Origin: a virus
Taxonomy: Duplodnaviria > Caudoviricetes
Direction: 5' to 3' (one strand)
DNA length: 33,807 nt
IMG/VR virus record: IMGVR_UViG_3300027906_000068
Coordinates: 1-33,807 of that record
The position numbers and the translations under genes are program-made. Under the pieces are notes generated by a model. That model ran no database searches. It was not told the origin of the DNA and saw only the letters and a program-made list of their open reading frames with translations. The first letter of the stretch is position 1, and every line of letters starts with the position of its first letter. Positions 15,607-26,800 of this stretch are shown here, in pieces.

Positions 15607-15905
15607 GGAGATAGACCACCAGGGAGGGATGTAACAAAACCAAGAACGTCAAATTTAAGTGAGTTAACAGTGCTTTTAGAATCAACTATTACGTTGGTAT
15701 TGGGTGTAACAAAACCTAAAATATCAAATCCCAAAGCTTGTGCCACAGTTGGTAATCCTTGTCCAGTTTGAGTAGGAAACTCCCAACTGCTGCCAACTTT
15801 TACACCAATATCATCTCCTTCTTTCCAAGTACCACCAACATTTACATAATAGTTACTAGCTGTTTTCCAAGTACCGCCAACATTGACGTATACAGTATTA
15901 CTCAT
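15603..15905 (-). CDS. Small tail-fibre-associated protein with internal repeats
   Basis: YVNVGGTWK twice plus VKVGSSWE, and FD(I/V)LGFVT twice. Confidence 0.7.
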   Translation of the reverse strand: MSNTVYVNVGGTWKTASNYYVNVGGTWKEGDDIGVKVGSSWEFPTQTGQGLPTVAQALGFDILGFVTPNTNVIVDSKSTVNSLKFDVLGFVTSLPGGLSP

Positions 15906-16132
15906 GATGCTAACTGTGTTCTATACATTCCTATTTTCATCTCATATTGATGTTTTTCTTTTAATATCCATTCATCTATTGCTTGGTCTATCTGTTCTTG
16001 TGTTATATCATTTGTACTAAATCCTAATTTAACTTTAGCATCAACCATAGGAGGTTCTTCAACTTGTTCTACACGAACATGGTATTCATATCCGTGTGGC
16101 ATTTGTAAAATACTTTCAATAATGTTTGCCAT
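15902..16132 (-). CDS. Hypothetical protein (possible tail assembly chaperone)
   Basis: 76-aa ORF immediately after the tail spike-like gene. Confidence 0.65.
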   Translation of the reverse strand: MANIIESILQMPHGYEYHVRVEQVEEPPMVDAKVKLGFSTNDITQEQIDQAIDEWILKEKHQYEMKIGMYRTQLAS

Positions 16133-16134
16133 AA

Positions 16135-19038
16135 TTAAGCTTGTGAAACTGTTAAATCATCAAGATACAAATAGTCAGTACTTGATGTACTTTGTGTTTT
16201 TACATGGAAATGGACATCACAAGAACCAGCATTAGTAGGAGTGAAAGTCAATGTATGTTGAGTCCATTGATTTACAGTATTTTGGTTATATGAGAGTGTC
16301 TCAGTGACTGAGGCTAAACCACTATTTTGACTAAAGTTTATACACTTAAGATCTCCGTAAAAATATTGATTAGTTTTTCGTAGATATATACTTAAAGTAA
16401 CTTGCGAGCCTCCATTAAATACAATAGTTCCTATTTTCAAATCTCCACCATTATTATTGGTAGGTTGTAATTTCATTGAATAACCACTACTTGTATTTCT
16501 TACAGATGCCTCTGAATATACATAAGCACCACTAATCATCTTGTAACTATTACCTGATATGTTCATAAAGTCTTTAAGTTCTACACTGCCTGAGTGATTA
16601 TAAACTCCACCAGACTTTTCAACATATAAACTAGTAGCAAAGAAAACAGCTCCAAAATAAAAAATTGGTTGTCTTTCTACCGTTCCATCATGCACAGTTA
16701 TTTTTGCATCTGGCTGATAAACCTGACAGGCATATCCATAACTCCAATAACCATCTCCTCTATAATAATTATTACCACCAACAATATCAAAGCAATCATC
16801 AACCCAGTTACCTATATCTAAATTGCACTCAGTATTTACCCAGAAACCAGAATAACAACCAGAAGTATAAAGGTTATCTATATAAATAGGTGCAGACTTA
16901 TCACTATCAACATACATAGGTACTGTAGTACTTTTGTAATCACAATATCCAATTCTTAATTCATTAATCTCAAGCTTAGAGTTGGGGCCAGTATTAAGTG
17001 ACACAGCAGCTTGTCTTCTTTGATGTTCACAATTGATGACAGAAAACTCAACAGTATCTATTTGACTTCCGCCTTTAGAATATCCAAGTCTAACCGCTGG
17101 ATTACTCCTAACACCAGCGCACCATTTTATAAAACGTGTATCTTTATTGTATGTACTATGTTTTGTACCATCGGCATTAAGTAGAAAAGTTGCATTATTT
17201 ATTCCAGCACCTTCTGAATGTCTCCCAAAATTAATACCATGATAACTTGAAGTTTGGTCATCAAAACCAGATAGACAAGTCAGTCCAAATTTCTTAATTT
17301 TATGTGTGAAGTATAAATAAAAACCATCAGAACAATTACAAATTCCAACATTATAAAGAGACATAGAATGTCTGTAATATTCAAAATATCCATACATTTT
17401 TGTAAAATACAAGTCTTCCATATGACAGGTTTTATCTTCTCCATCTGCATGAAGACCAGCACCACTACCACTAGAATGAGTATTATTTGCACTGTTAAAT
17501 CTAAAGTGCCCGCATTCCCCTGTTCCACCATCTATACACGTTATATCCCCTGCTGTTTTAGTTGACATATCTGTAGTATTCCAGCCACCCGATATTCTTA
17601 ATGGGTGATTATTGCTTCCTATATTCAGAAAAAATCCAGCAGTACCGGTGCCGTATTGACTACTGCTTACGTTATACATTTGATACCAAAACTTTTCTCT
17701 TTTGTAAATAGTTGTGGAAGTGTTATTTGTTACGCTTGCGTTATAACTTTGAGGCCAATAACGAGGAGTACTAGTATAACAACCACCACTAGGGTTTGCA
17801 TAACCCCGATTACCTTCGGAGGCAGACGAAGCCATATAAATAACAGTTTTATTATTTGAATTACATATCCAATGAACTGGATACCATTGTGGTGCTGCTG
17901 TTGTATTTAATCCCATCAAACTATCGTGGGTAACAGAGTCAGCACTACTTGAAGCTTTACAGGCAATAATATTTCCTATATCAAATTGACGAGTAATATT
18001 TCTAGCAGTGTCAACGTATATAGCTATTGAATTAATATTGTTGCTTAAATTAGATCCAAAGTCTTTTACTATTTGAGTTAATCTATAATTGCTGTTAAGT
18101 TTATAATAATTTAAAGGAATAGTATGTACTGTAGTATCACCAGCATTATCACTACATAAACGTAAACTAAATCCTTGAGTTATGTAAGTAGGATTAGTTG
18201 CATATTGATCTCGAGGTCTATCGCCATCTCTAAAAAACATTTGCAAAGATATTTGTTGATATGCACTAAGATCTTTTGTTGCAGGTAATTGCATATACGC
18301 TGCTTTACCAGTGCCTGTAAAACTATTGGTTAAAGTTATATGTTGACCACCTTCTGGATTGGTTATCATTCCTCTTGTATTAGATTGATTGCCCCAACCA
18401 TTTTCAGTAGTAGGTGGTACTGCAGATACATTGGTTTCTGCTGTCATTGAACTTTGTGCAGTCGCTTCTGCTGTTCTTGAACAAAAAGCAACCTCTTCTA
18501 TTACTTTGTTATCAAGCTCTGTTATGTTTCCTGACGCAAGAAAAATATATCCTCCAGTACCAGTTGAACTTACAGAAGAATTTGCTTTATATTCGTTCAA
18601 AGTAAAGTTATTATTATCAACTTTAGTTATTTTCCAATAACCATTAACAAAAGCATTTGAATTGCTGTTATAAAAAATCTTTATCCATTCTCCAGTTTGC
18701 AAACTATGATTATTAAGCTGTACGTTTGTTGATCCTTTTGTAGTGCTATATGTAAAAGTTGGAGTACCATTAATAGTTTTATTCTCATCTCCAGAAGCAA
18801 CCTCTTTCCATATTTGACCAGCACCGCAAGATGTAGGATCAGGAGATTTTTTAATTCTTACCTCGTCTGCTTGACCTATTTGATTATCTGCATTGCTAGT
18901 ACTTCCAGAGTTATTAGTACTACTATCAGCAGTAGCAGCAGTACTGTATATTCTTTTTACGCTTCTAGCTCTATTAGCAAAAGAACTACCATCTCCTGTG
19001 CCAGCTCCACCTTCGTAATCAACGTACCAAATAGCCAT
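16135..19038 (-). CDS. Putative tail spike/receptor-binding protein (beta-rich, C-terminal carbohydrate-binding-like module)
   Basis: 967 aa. YVD...GDGSSFAN start typical of beta-helix proteins; C-terminus WTQHTLTFTP...YLYLDDLTV; follows the tail fibre gene. Confidence 0.65.
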   Translation of the reverse strand: MAIWYVDYEGGAGTGDGSSFANRARSVKRIYSTAATADSSTNNSGSTSNADNQIGQADEVRIKKSPDPTSCGAGQIWKEVASGDENKTINGTPTFTYSTTKGSTNVQLNNHSLQTGEWIKIFYNSNSNAFVNGYWKITKVDNNNFTLNEYKANSSVSSTGTGGYIFLASGNITELDNKVIEEVAFCSRTAEATAQSSMTAETNVSAVPPTTENGWGNQSNTRGMITNPEGGQHITLTNSFTGTGKAAYMQLPATKDLSAYQQISLQMFFRDGDRPRDQYATNPTYITQGFSLRLCSDNAGDTTVHTIPLNYYKLNSNYRLTQIVKDFGSNLSNNINSIAIYVDTARNITRQFDIGNIIACKASSSADSVTHDSLMGLNTTAAPQWYPVHWICNSNNKTVIYMASSASEGNRGYANPSGGCYTSTPRYWPQSYNASVTNNTSTTIYKREKFWYQMYNVSSSQYGTGTAGFFLNIGSNNHPLRISGGWNTTDMSTKTAGDITCIDGGTGECGHFRFNSANNTHSSGSGAGLHADGEDKTCHMEDLYFTKMYGYFEYYRHSMSLYNVGICNCSDGFYLYFTHKIKKFGLTCLSGFDDQTSSYHGINFGRHSEGAGINNATFLLNADGTKHSTYNKDTRFIKWCAGVRSNPAVRLGYSKGGSQIDTVEFSVINCEHQRRQAAVSLNTGPNSKLEINELRIGYCDYKSTTVPMYVDSDKSAPIYIDNLYTSGCYSGFWVNTECNLDIGNWVDDCFDIVGGNNYYRGDGYWSYGYACQVYQPDAKITVHDGTVERQPIFYFGAVFFATSLYVEKSGGVYNHSGSVELKDFMNISGNSYKMISGAYVYSEASVRNTSSGYSMKLQPTNNNGGDLKIGTIVFNGGSQVTLSIYLRKTNQYFYGDLKCINFSQNSGLASVTETLSYNQNTVNQWTQHTLTFTPTNAGSCDVHFHVKTQSTSSTDYLYLDDLTVSQA

Positions 19039-19044
19039 AATTTC

Positions 19045-22000
19045 TTAGGTGTATTTAATCCAAACATCTCCATCTGAACCACCAGAAGGGTTGCTTGTAG
19101 ATGCTGTAACTTTCCGCATGCCTGCAGTGCCAGAGGCAGAAGAGGTTGCACTTACTGTACCACCGACTGATAGGTTGGTGCCATCAAATGTAAGATTTGA
19201 CGAACCACCAAAACTGCCAGAAGAGTTGTACTGAAGCTGAGTATTAGAACCGCCAGGAGTACCACCTCCACCAGATTGTGTAACCCATGCGTAATCAGAT
19301 CCGTTCCAACTAAGAACTTCACTACTAGATGCACCACCTGTATTTAAATGTGTGTCAACACTAGAGTCTGTATATGCACTTGGAACTGTTGCCCAAGTAT
19401 TGTCTCCACGTAAGTAAGTAGAATTTGAAGCAGTCCCCGAGCCAAGTCTTGCGGTTGGTACTGTTCCAGATGAAAGTTGATTGGCAGCAAGTGAAGTTAA
19501 ACTTGCTCCAGATCCGCTAAAACCAGTACAAGATAAAACACCAGAAGTTGCGTTAAAGGTGTAATTAGAACTTGTATGTGGAGTTAAATTACCCGTTGCT
19601 CCTTGAACAATTAAAGGATGGGAAGTTGAATCGCTACTTGTAGTAACGATAACTCTTGTTGCCTTTTCAGCCGTTCCACTTGTGTCTTGGTTAAGAGTCG
19701 CAACCCTAGCTGCTGCAATCGTTCCCGAAGATATATTGCTTGCATTTAAGGAAGTTAAACTTGCACCACTAATTGCTGGTAACGCTCCAGTTAATTGAGC
19801 CGAAGGTAAGCTAGTTAAAGATGCCCCTGATCCACTAAAAGTGGTTGCTGTGCAAGTTCCATTGATTGTTGCAGCGTCAGCATGAACATCACCCCAACGC
19901 TTAGATGTTGTTCCTAATGCAGTCTGACCATCAGTTCTTGGTGATAATGCAGTGTTCGTCAACTGCATCCTTTCACCTTGATTGTTTATAGACCAAACAT
20001 GTTCATTTGAACCATAAAATAATATTGATCCTCCGCCATAACCAGTTAGATAAGAATAACTATTTCCAGCAGAATTATAGAAAAACAGATTTTGATAGAC
20101 AGCAGTTCCAGTTGATCTTAATGTGATATTTGCATTTACATTGGTCCCAGAAACACCACCATAAAAATTATGGTAAGAACCAAATGAATTCCATCCACTC
20201 GCAGTTGTCTCAAATTTCTTTGAACCAGAATGGTATAACTCAATAGGCTCACCTTTTATATGTAAAGGAAGAGTTTGTCCATTGTGTCCAGTTTCGACAA
20301 TACTTGCTGATCCATTATGATGAATTTTTAGATCATTATTTGTTCCTAAATAGATAGGGCAATCATCATTCCCTCTCGCCTGGGTACTCCATTCAATGAC
20401 AGTCGTACCAAGAGTGCCAGTTAAATTTCCACCTGTAAGACTTAGCTTGCTAGACAAATCAACATCCGCCCAAGTCAAACCACCTGTATTACCAGACTGT
20501 GCTGATAAGAAGTAGCCATTAGTAGGTGAGTTAGATACCTTTAGGTTTGCTTCGTCTACTATGTTATCTGCAATAGTTAAAGCACCACTACCTGTAACTT
20601 CTCCTGAGTGAGTTGCGTTGGTTGTAATACCACTAACTGTTGAGCTAAGTGCAGCAATGTCTATACCGTCAACTGTCCCTGTAACTGTGATATCTCCCGA
20701 TACACCTAAACCTCCCGTTAGATTTCCACCTGCTAGAGGTAATTTAGTGGCAATGCTATTTGTTATTGTTGTAGAAAAGTTTGCATCATCTCCAAGTGCT
20801 GCTGCGAGTTCATTTAATGTATTTAACGTGCCAGGGCTAGAGTCAATTAAGTTTGAAATCGCTGTGTCTGCATAGGCTGTCGTGGCTACTTTGGTGGAGT
20901 TATCACTTGCCGATTGAGTCGTTGCTGTTACACCATTACTTAATACTCCAGAACTTGAAGTAAGCCCACCGAATAAAGTATTTCTTGCCGCAATATCAAC
21001 CCCATCTACAGTCCCTGTAATTGTAATGTCACCTGCAACATTAAGTGCATCAGAATAAATATTTGCCCAACGAACTCCACTACTACCTAAATTGTCAGTA
21101 CTATCTGTTGCTGAGAGTAAGTTACCATTAACTTCAACGTGAGTAGTGTTAATCTTTAAATCAACAGTGCCATTTGCATTTGCTGTAGTTAGATGTAACG
21201 GCCCATTACTACCAGCCCTTACATGATTACTTGATAGGAATAAGTCATTTACATGTAATGCATCTTGGTTAGGATTTATTCTGATAGTATTATCAGATTT
21301 CAAAACACCATCTGTATCTTGAATGGCAATTTTCATCAACGCATTATTCGTCGTATTAGGAAGATCACCAATATCAAGATTCCCAGTTGTAACTACGTTT
21401 TGCGATCCAAAATCAGGAGAAATCTTTGTTCCTGCTATTGCAGCACTTCCGTCAATTTGTGCGTTAACAATACCATCGCTATTTAAAAGTGTCTTAATCT
21501 CTGATGCTGTCTGATCGTCCTTAGCATTGCTCTCAATCGTATCTAACTTTGTACCATCTGCTGATACATCTCTTCCGTCTACGGTTTGGCTACCAGAAAA
21601 CGTTATGTTTCCTGTCATCTGGCCACCTGCTTTAGCTAAGAAATTATTGATGTTTGTTACACCACTTTGCCATGCACTGCCGTCATATACTTTGAGTTCA
21701 TTAATAGAACTATTGAAATATAAATCACCTTCAGATAACGAATTACCTGCACCATCTACAGATGGATCTGACGAAGCGATCTGATATGTACCTGCAAAAC
21801 TGCTTACGTTAGCAATATTATTTGCAACTGTATTTACATTTCCTATTGAACCTGCAGTTGTATTGACGTTGCCTATAGAACCTGCAACTAATCCTATGTG
21901 AGTACCATCTGCAGCAACTATTCCGATGTCAGATGCGTCCGCTGCTACTGCATTAATATTAGATTGGTTGTTTGCTACAGCCGTGACATTAGAGTTGTTG

Positions 22001-23790
22001 CCTGCTACTGCATCTATGTTTGTTTTGTTTGCATTGACAGCATTAATATTAGTCTCGTTATTTTTTACTGCGTTTATATTTGTTGCGTTACCTGCTACTG
22101 CAGTTATGTTTGAATTATTACCTGCAACGGCACTAATATCTGTGGCATTACCTACTGCTGCATTTATATTTGTTTGATTAGCTACAGCTGCATTAATATT
22201 ACTTGCGTTAGATACAGCACTATTTATATTACTAGAGTTATTTGCAACAGCAGTAACATTAGAATTATTGCCAGATACAGTAGTTACATCAGATGATATA
22301 CCTGCAACTGTATTGACGTTACTTATATTAGTACCTACGGTATCGACATTAGTTATTGCATTAGCAACAGTATCTATTTCAGAAGTAGCTTCGTTTAAAT
22401 CATCTGCAGCAGTTGTTACCGCATTGATATTACTTGCTACTGTTTGCAAATTGTTGTTATTAATCTCAGCCGCAACTGTATTAACGCTGGTTATATCTGT
22501 AGCAACAGTAGATACATTGGCATTGTTACCTGCAACAGTATTAACATTAGTATTGTTGTTGGCAACTGTATTGATATTGCTTGAATTACCTGCAACATTA
22601 TTTATGTTTGTCGCATTGGCTGCCACAGCATTAACATTTGCTATGGCCCCGCCAACAGTATTAACATTTGCAATTGACGCCTCAACTGTATTAATTTTTG
22701 CTTGGTTTGCATCTGATATTTTTAATAATACCCAGGCACTATTACCAGAGTCATAAACTTTAGTGACGTTATCTGTCGTATTAAAATATAACGCTCCATC
22801 TAATAATGCGTCACCATCATTATCAACCGAAGGATCAGAAGATTTAACTCCTAAATATCTATCATCAAAAGTATCAAGTGCTGTTTCTGCGGCTGTCTTA
22901 GCAGTTTCCGCAGCCGTCTTAGCTGTCTCAGCTGCTGTCTTTGCAGTATCTGCTTGAGTAGCTTTTGTAGTGGCTGTAGTAGCTGAACTTGCTGCGTTAG
23001 TTTCTGAAGTTGCTGCTGCTGTTGCACTCGTGGCTGATGCCGTTGCAGAAGTTGCTGCCGCTGTGGCTGATGATGCGGCATTGGTTGATGAAGTCGTAGC
23101 CGTTGCTGCATCTACTATTAGATCCCAATTAGCAGAGTTTGCATTAGTTGTTAATGGCTGTGCACCAGTAGACGTATGTGCTGTATTACAAATGAATATA
23201 TTGTTAGTCGATGTGTCTTTAACAATATCTCTTATAACATAACCAGTACTGGCAGCCCAATTACCTTTAAATGTACCTATCTCTTGTTGAACATCTAAGT
23301 TACCAGAACTATCAAAAGATAAGACTTTCTTTGCACGAGTAGTTGGATTTGCTGTAATCTCTAAGCCACTAACGCTATTAGTCAAAGGGAACTTAATTGT
23401 TTTATCTAATACGGCCTGTTGTTGTTGTAATAGAATAACTGCTTTATCTAATGCATCATTTATAACTTCGGGGAAGAACCCTCCTTGGTTTGTTAATTCT
23501 GTTTGTTGTTTTGCTTCTACTTTGGATGTAATAACAATATTTAAACCACTACCTAAATTCTGTGGATTGCCGCCAGATACTAAAGTTACAGTTCCTCCAG
23601 GATTTGCGTCCTGATCATCATTAAGAGCAACAGTATAATTAGAAGTTAAGGTTAATACTGTTTCTACTTTTGTAGTTGTGTCTATCTGTATAACCTTTAC
23701 ATCTGATGTATCAAATACTTTAAACTCAAAAGCAAAACCATTCCCACTCGTAAACGCAGCAGTCTGCCGACTCGTTGTAGTTATAGCCAT
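19045..23790 (-). CDS. Long tail fibre protein
   Basis: 1581 aa. Podoviral fibre N-terminal anchor (F.F.FKVF...FFPEVINDALDK), FDDRYLG/GALYFN motifs, heptad shaft, APG-like SPGTLNTLNELAAALGDD motif, C-terminal GSDGDVWIKY. Confidence 0.9.
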   Translation of the reverse strand: MAITTTSRQTAAFTSGNGFAFEFKVFDTSDVKVIQIDTTTKVETVLTLTSNYTVALNDDQDANPGGTVTLVSGGNPQNLGSGLNIVITSKVEAKQQTELTNQGGFFPEVINDALDKAVILLQQQQAVLDKTIKFPLTNSVSGLEITANPTTRAKKVLSFDSSGNLDVQQEIGTFKGNWAASTGYVIRDIVKDTSTNNIFICNTAHTSTGAQPLTTNANSANWDLIVDAATATTSSTNAASSATAAATSATASATSATAAATSETNAASSATTATTKATQADTAKTAAETAKTAAETAKTAAETALDTFDDRYLGVKSSDPSVDNDGDALLDGALYFNTTDNVTKVYDSGNSAWVLLKISDANQAKINTVEASIANVNTVGGAIANVNAVAANATNINNVAGNSSNINTVANNNTNVNTVAGNNANVSTVATDITSVNTVAAEINNNNLQTVASNINAVTTAADDLNEATSEIDTVANAITNVDTVGTNISNVNTVAGISSDVTTVSGNNSNVTAVANNSSNINSAVSNASNINAAVANQTNINAAVGNATDISAVAGNNSNITAVAGNATNINAVKNNETNINAVNANKTNIDAVAGNNSNVTAVANNQSNINAVAADASDIGIVAADGTHIGLVAGSIGNVNTTAGSIGNVNTVANNIANVSSFAGTYQIASSDPSVDGAGNSLSEGDLYFNSSINELKVYDGSAWQSGVTNINNFLAKAGGQMTGNITFSGSQTVDGRDVSADGTKLDTIESNAKDDQTASEIKTLLNSDGIVNAQIDGSAAIAGTKISPDFGSQNVVTTGNLDIGDLPNTTNNALMKIAIQDTDGVLKSDNTIRINPNQDALHVNDLFLSSNHVRAGSNGPLHLTTANANGTVDLKINTTHVEVNGNLLSATDSTDNLGSSGVRWANIYSDALNVAGDITITGTVDGVDIAARNTLFGGLTSSSGVLSNGVTATTQSASDNSTKVATTAYADTAISNLIDSSPGTLNTLNELAAALGDDANFSTTITNSIATKLPLAGGNLTGGLGVSGDITVTGTVDGIDIAALSSTVSGITTNATHSGEVTGSGALTIADNIVDEANLKVSNSPTNGYFLSAQSGNTGGLTWADVDLSSKLSLTGGNLTGTLGTTVIEWSTQARGNDDCPIYLGTNNDLKIHHNGSASIVETGHNGQTLPLHIKGEPIELYHSGSKKFETTASGWNSFGSYHNFYGGVSGTNVNANITLRSTGTAVYQNLFFYNSAGNSYSYLTGYGGGSILFYGSNEHVWSINNQGERMQLTNTALSPRTDGQTALGTTSKRWGDVHADAATINGTCTATTFSGSGASLTSLPSAQLTGALPAISGASLTSLNASNISSGTIAAARVATLNQDTSGTAEKATRVIVTTSSDSTSHPLIVQGATGNLTPHTSSNYTFNATSGVLSCTGFSGSGASLTSLAANQLSSGTVPTARLGSGTASNSTYLRGDNTWATVPSAYTDSSVDTHLNTGGASSSEVLSWNGSDYAWVTQSGGGGTPGGSNTQLQYNSSGSFGGSSNLTFDGTNLSVGGTVSATSSASGTAGMRKVTASTSNPSGGSDGDVWIKYT
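21805..22695 (-). repeat. Degenerate 21-nt (heptad) coding repeats in the tail fibre
   Basis: Tandem N-[IV]-[NT]-[AT]-V-A-x units such as NINAVAG and NVNTVAN. Confidence 0.85.
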
Positions 23791-23816
23791 AAGATAGCCT
23801 GATTCTCTATTATTTT

Positions 23817-23851
23817 ATATTACAAGCAGTAGCTACACTTACGGTCACACC
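23817..23851 (-). promoter_or_regulatory. Putative late promoter, copy 3 (GGTGTGACCGTAA-N16-TAATAT)
   Basis: Intergenic, upstream of the tail fibre gene; the 13-mer is identical to copy 1. Confidence 0.7.
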
Positions 23852-23852
23852 T

Positions 23853-26800
23853 TTATTTCCTCCTTCCTTCACCCGCTTGACCTGTTACCAGACCTCGGAC
23901 TAAATCGAGTGGGCCTCTTGGAACCCATCTGCCATCCTTAAGGTCATGCAATAAACCAATAGGTTTCGCAAATGGATATAACGGCAACCTACTTATTAGA
24001 CCCATAAGAGTTAGAACGCTTCTTACTTCATTTCCTTTTACTTCTTTCCCAGAAGCTAAATTTATAAGCATTCTTGTTGTACCTTGCATCGTAGAATTTA
24101 TTAATGATATTGATGGACTGATAGTTATACGATCATTATATGGTTTGTCATCAAGCATATTAAGAGGAACCATTAAGAACGAGCTGCCAGTTGGTATGAA
24201 TGCAGTGCCATATCTAAGGAGTGACATATATCCAAATTCAAAGAACTCATCAATATGGCCGTCCTCGTCTTCATCAGCTAAACCACCACTTGCAAGTTCT
24301 TGTATACCTTCAGAAACAAGAGCAGGTAATGCAAATCCAAACAAGAATGCAAATAGTATTTGACCACTAAATTGTTTAGAATTCCATCCTAATTCTTTAA
24401 TCAATGCTTTATATTGCGTTGCGTTCAGATTTGCTTGTGCGTTGAAATAACTTGTGAATTGGAATACCGCCTTATAGAACGGATGATTGATCTGATAGGC
24501 AGCTACGTCTTCTGGTAATAAACTATCTTGCGTCATACGAACAGCACCATCTGCCTGCTGAATTGCTTCTGCATGTATCTGTGCTTCTGTCATTGTTTTC
24601 GGTGCGTTTGTTAACACCTGATTGTATTTAGCTATCCAAACAACACTGTCTACATAATTTTGGAAAGCTTGTTGAACAAAATATGAATTCTTTTCTACCC
24701 ATTTCTGGAATTTCTCGTATTTCTTAGGATTAATTATTAGATCATTCATTATGTCTTGTACGTCAAACATCTGGTTAATTTGACGATCACGCATGAACGG
24801 TGACATTTCAGCTACTTCTTTGGCTACTTTATGAGGCTCTCTGGTATATCTTCTAAACGCATCGTTTAAATATTTATGCTCTATTTTTAACCTTGCAGGT
24901 AATTTGCCTGTAACTTGTTGCATACCATTCTTAAGACTCAGGAACATATAATTCAAACTTGTACTCCTTGTAATGCGAGTGATGCCTTTGTCAAGGAGTG
25001 TGTTATTACCAAGCGTTGTTTTCTGGGAAGCAGCATTTCTTAGCCAAGGCATGAACATATCTTTCATTGCTTTATCATCAACACGATTTAACGCCTTTGA
25101 AAATGGTCTATCTCTAAACAACCTAAGTAAATCTGTTACAGCAGGTTGTATATAAGCAAAGCGTAAAGCATTGTCCAGATGTGCTGCTTGTAAACCTAAA
25201 TTCAAACTCAATGGCCTCATTGCTTTTGTTCTTGGTTTTGTAAATCCTCTTTCTACAGCAGGTGCTGCGTATTTCATTTCGTCTTTGATGGCCTTAATAG
25301 TTTGGTCTAAACTTAATTCTCTTTTGCTCATCTCTGGGTCTGCTACAGCAGGTACATAACCACCTCTAAATGTTCCGAATTTAGTAACTAAAGGAGTAAC
25401 TTCTATTGTTTTAAAATAATATCCAAAGACCTCTTTGTGTGCTCTCTGTGTTAGTGGGAGCAACTCTTCGTTTAGATCCCATACATCTTGTAAAAATTTA
25501 AAATCTTTCTCTGTAAGATGCCCTTCCTCAATCATACGATCTACAAACCTTTTCCAGTTAGAACTATCTAATGTTCCGTCTTCTCTAATTTCTCCCCATC
25601 CTCTCCCAACAAGTAATTTTGTGAGATTGCCTGTATTCCCTGTATGAAGCATTGCACCTAACAATTCAGCTTTACCCATACCTCTTTCACGACCAAATAC
25701 ATAAGCCTGACCACTTGGGCTAACTAATTCTGGAGCATTAATTTTTACTTGACTCCAATCTACTTGCTGTAATAAATCAACATAACGGCCTGTCCACTTA
25801 GGTCTTTCAGTACGCCATTCATTAATAGGATCTTTTAAAGTCCGCCAAATATATCTTGTAAACGGTCCCGCAGCTTCACCTCCTTCTGGGACTAGAACAC
25901 CACCACCTAATACACCTCCACCTCTTAGAACTCTAGGACTGCCTTCACCGTCTTTACTGTCGCACCAATGTTCAACACGCCTTAACATCGCTTTCATGCT
26001 TTCAAGCCCTGATATCATTCTTTCCCACCACTTTGTCTGTCCTCCTTCCCCAAACGCAATAGACGCTCGTGCGTCCATGTTGTCTAAAGCCGCAGATAAC
26101 TCACCTGATACTTCCTCTCTTTCTCTCAATTCGCCTTCTACTTTGAACTGCTTATCTCGCCTCGCTTGATACAGCAAGGACTCGATTACTTCGTCTAATG
26201 TCTCGAAGTCTTGTAAGGTTAGGTCTTTGAGTTCACGCCCTGGCAACCGCTGCGTATCTAAGATAATGTCTTGTACTTCTTCCCAAATGTGTTCATCATA
26301 TTTCTTTAAGTTATCAACAAAAGAAGTGCCTTCTTCTAACTGAGGACCAAGGCCATAATGTGACAATATTTCCTGCGCTGCATTTACATAATCTACGGTT
26401 CTATATTTAGCTATGTCCTCATCTTTTCTGAAGATCTTTTTATATCTTTTTACTGCCTTATTATATTCTTCAAGTATATTTGTAGCTTCACGATTTAGCT
26501 GGCTATTTATTAGCTCTGATCGTTTTGCCTCTATAGCCCCTCGATCATCGCCAGTTCTCATGGCCTTTTCTAAATCTTTTACTGCCCTTTTCTGATTTTG
26601 TGCATACTTTACTGGACGTATATCTTTAATTCTTGTTTTCCTTAAAATACTCTTTGCCACCTGTCTAGCGGCTGCAACCTGCATACGCACTGGCTGCGTT
26701 GATTTAGTTAAGAACTTTAATTCAATGGCTAAGAATTTCGCTCTAGCTTTATTATTTAATGCCTGTTGTACTTTTAATTCTCGCTCTTGAGGATCAGTTA

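Noticed and set aside
21805-22695. Periodic repeats as a CRISPR array or ncRNA array
   Set aside because: They are degenerate in-frame 21-nt coding heptads with wobble variation and no spacers.
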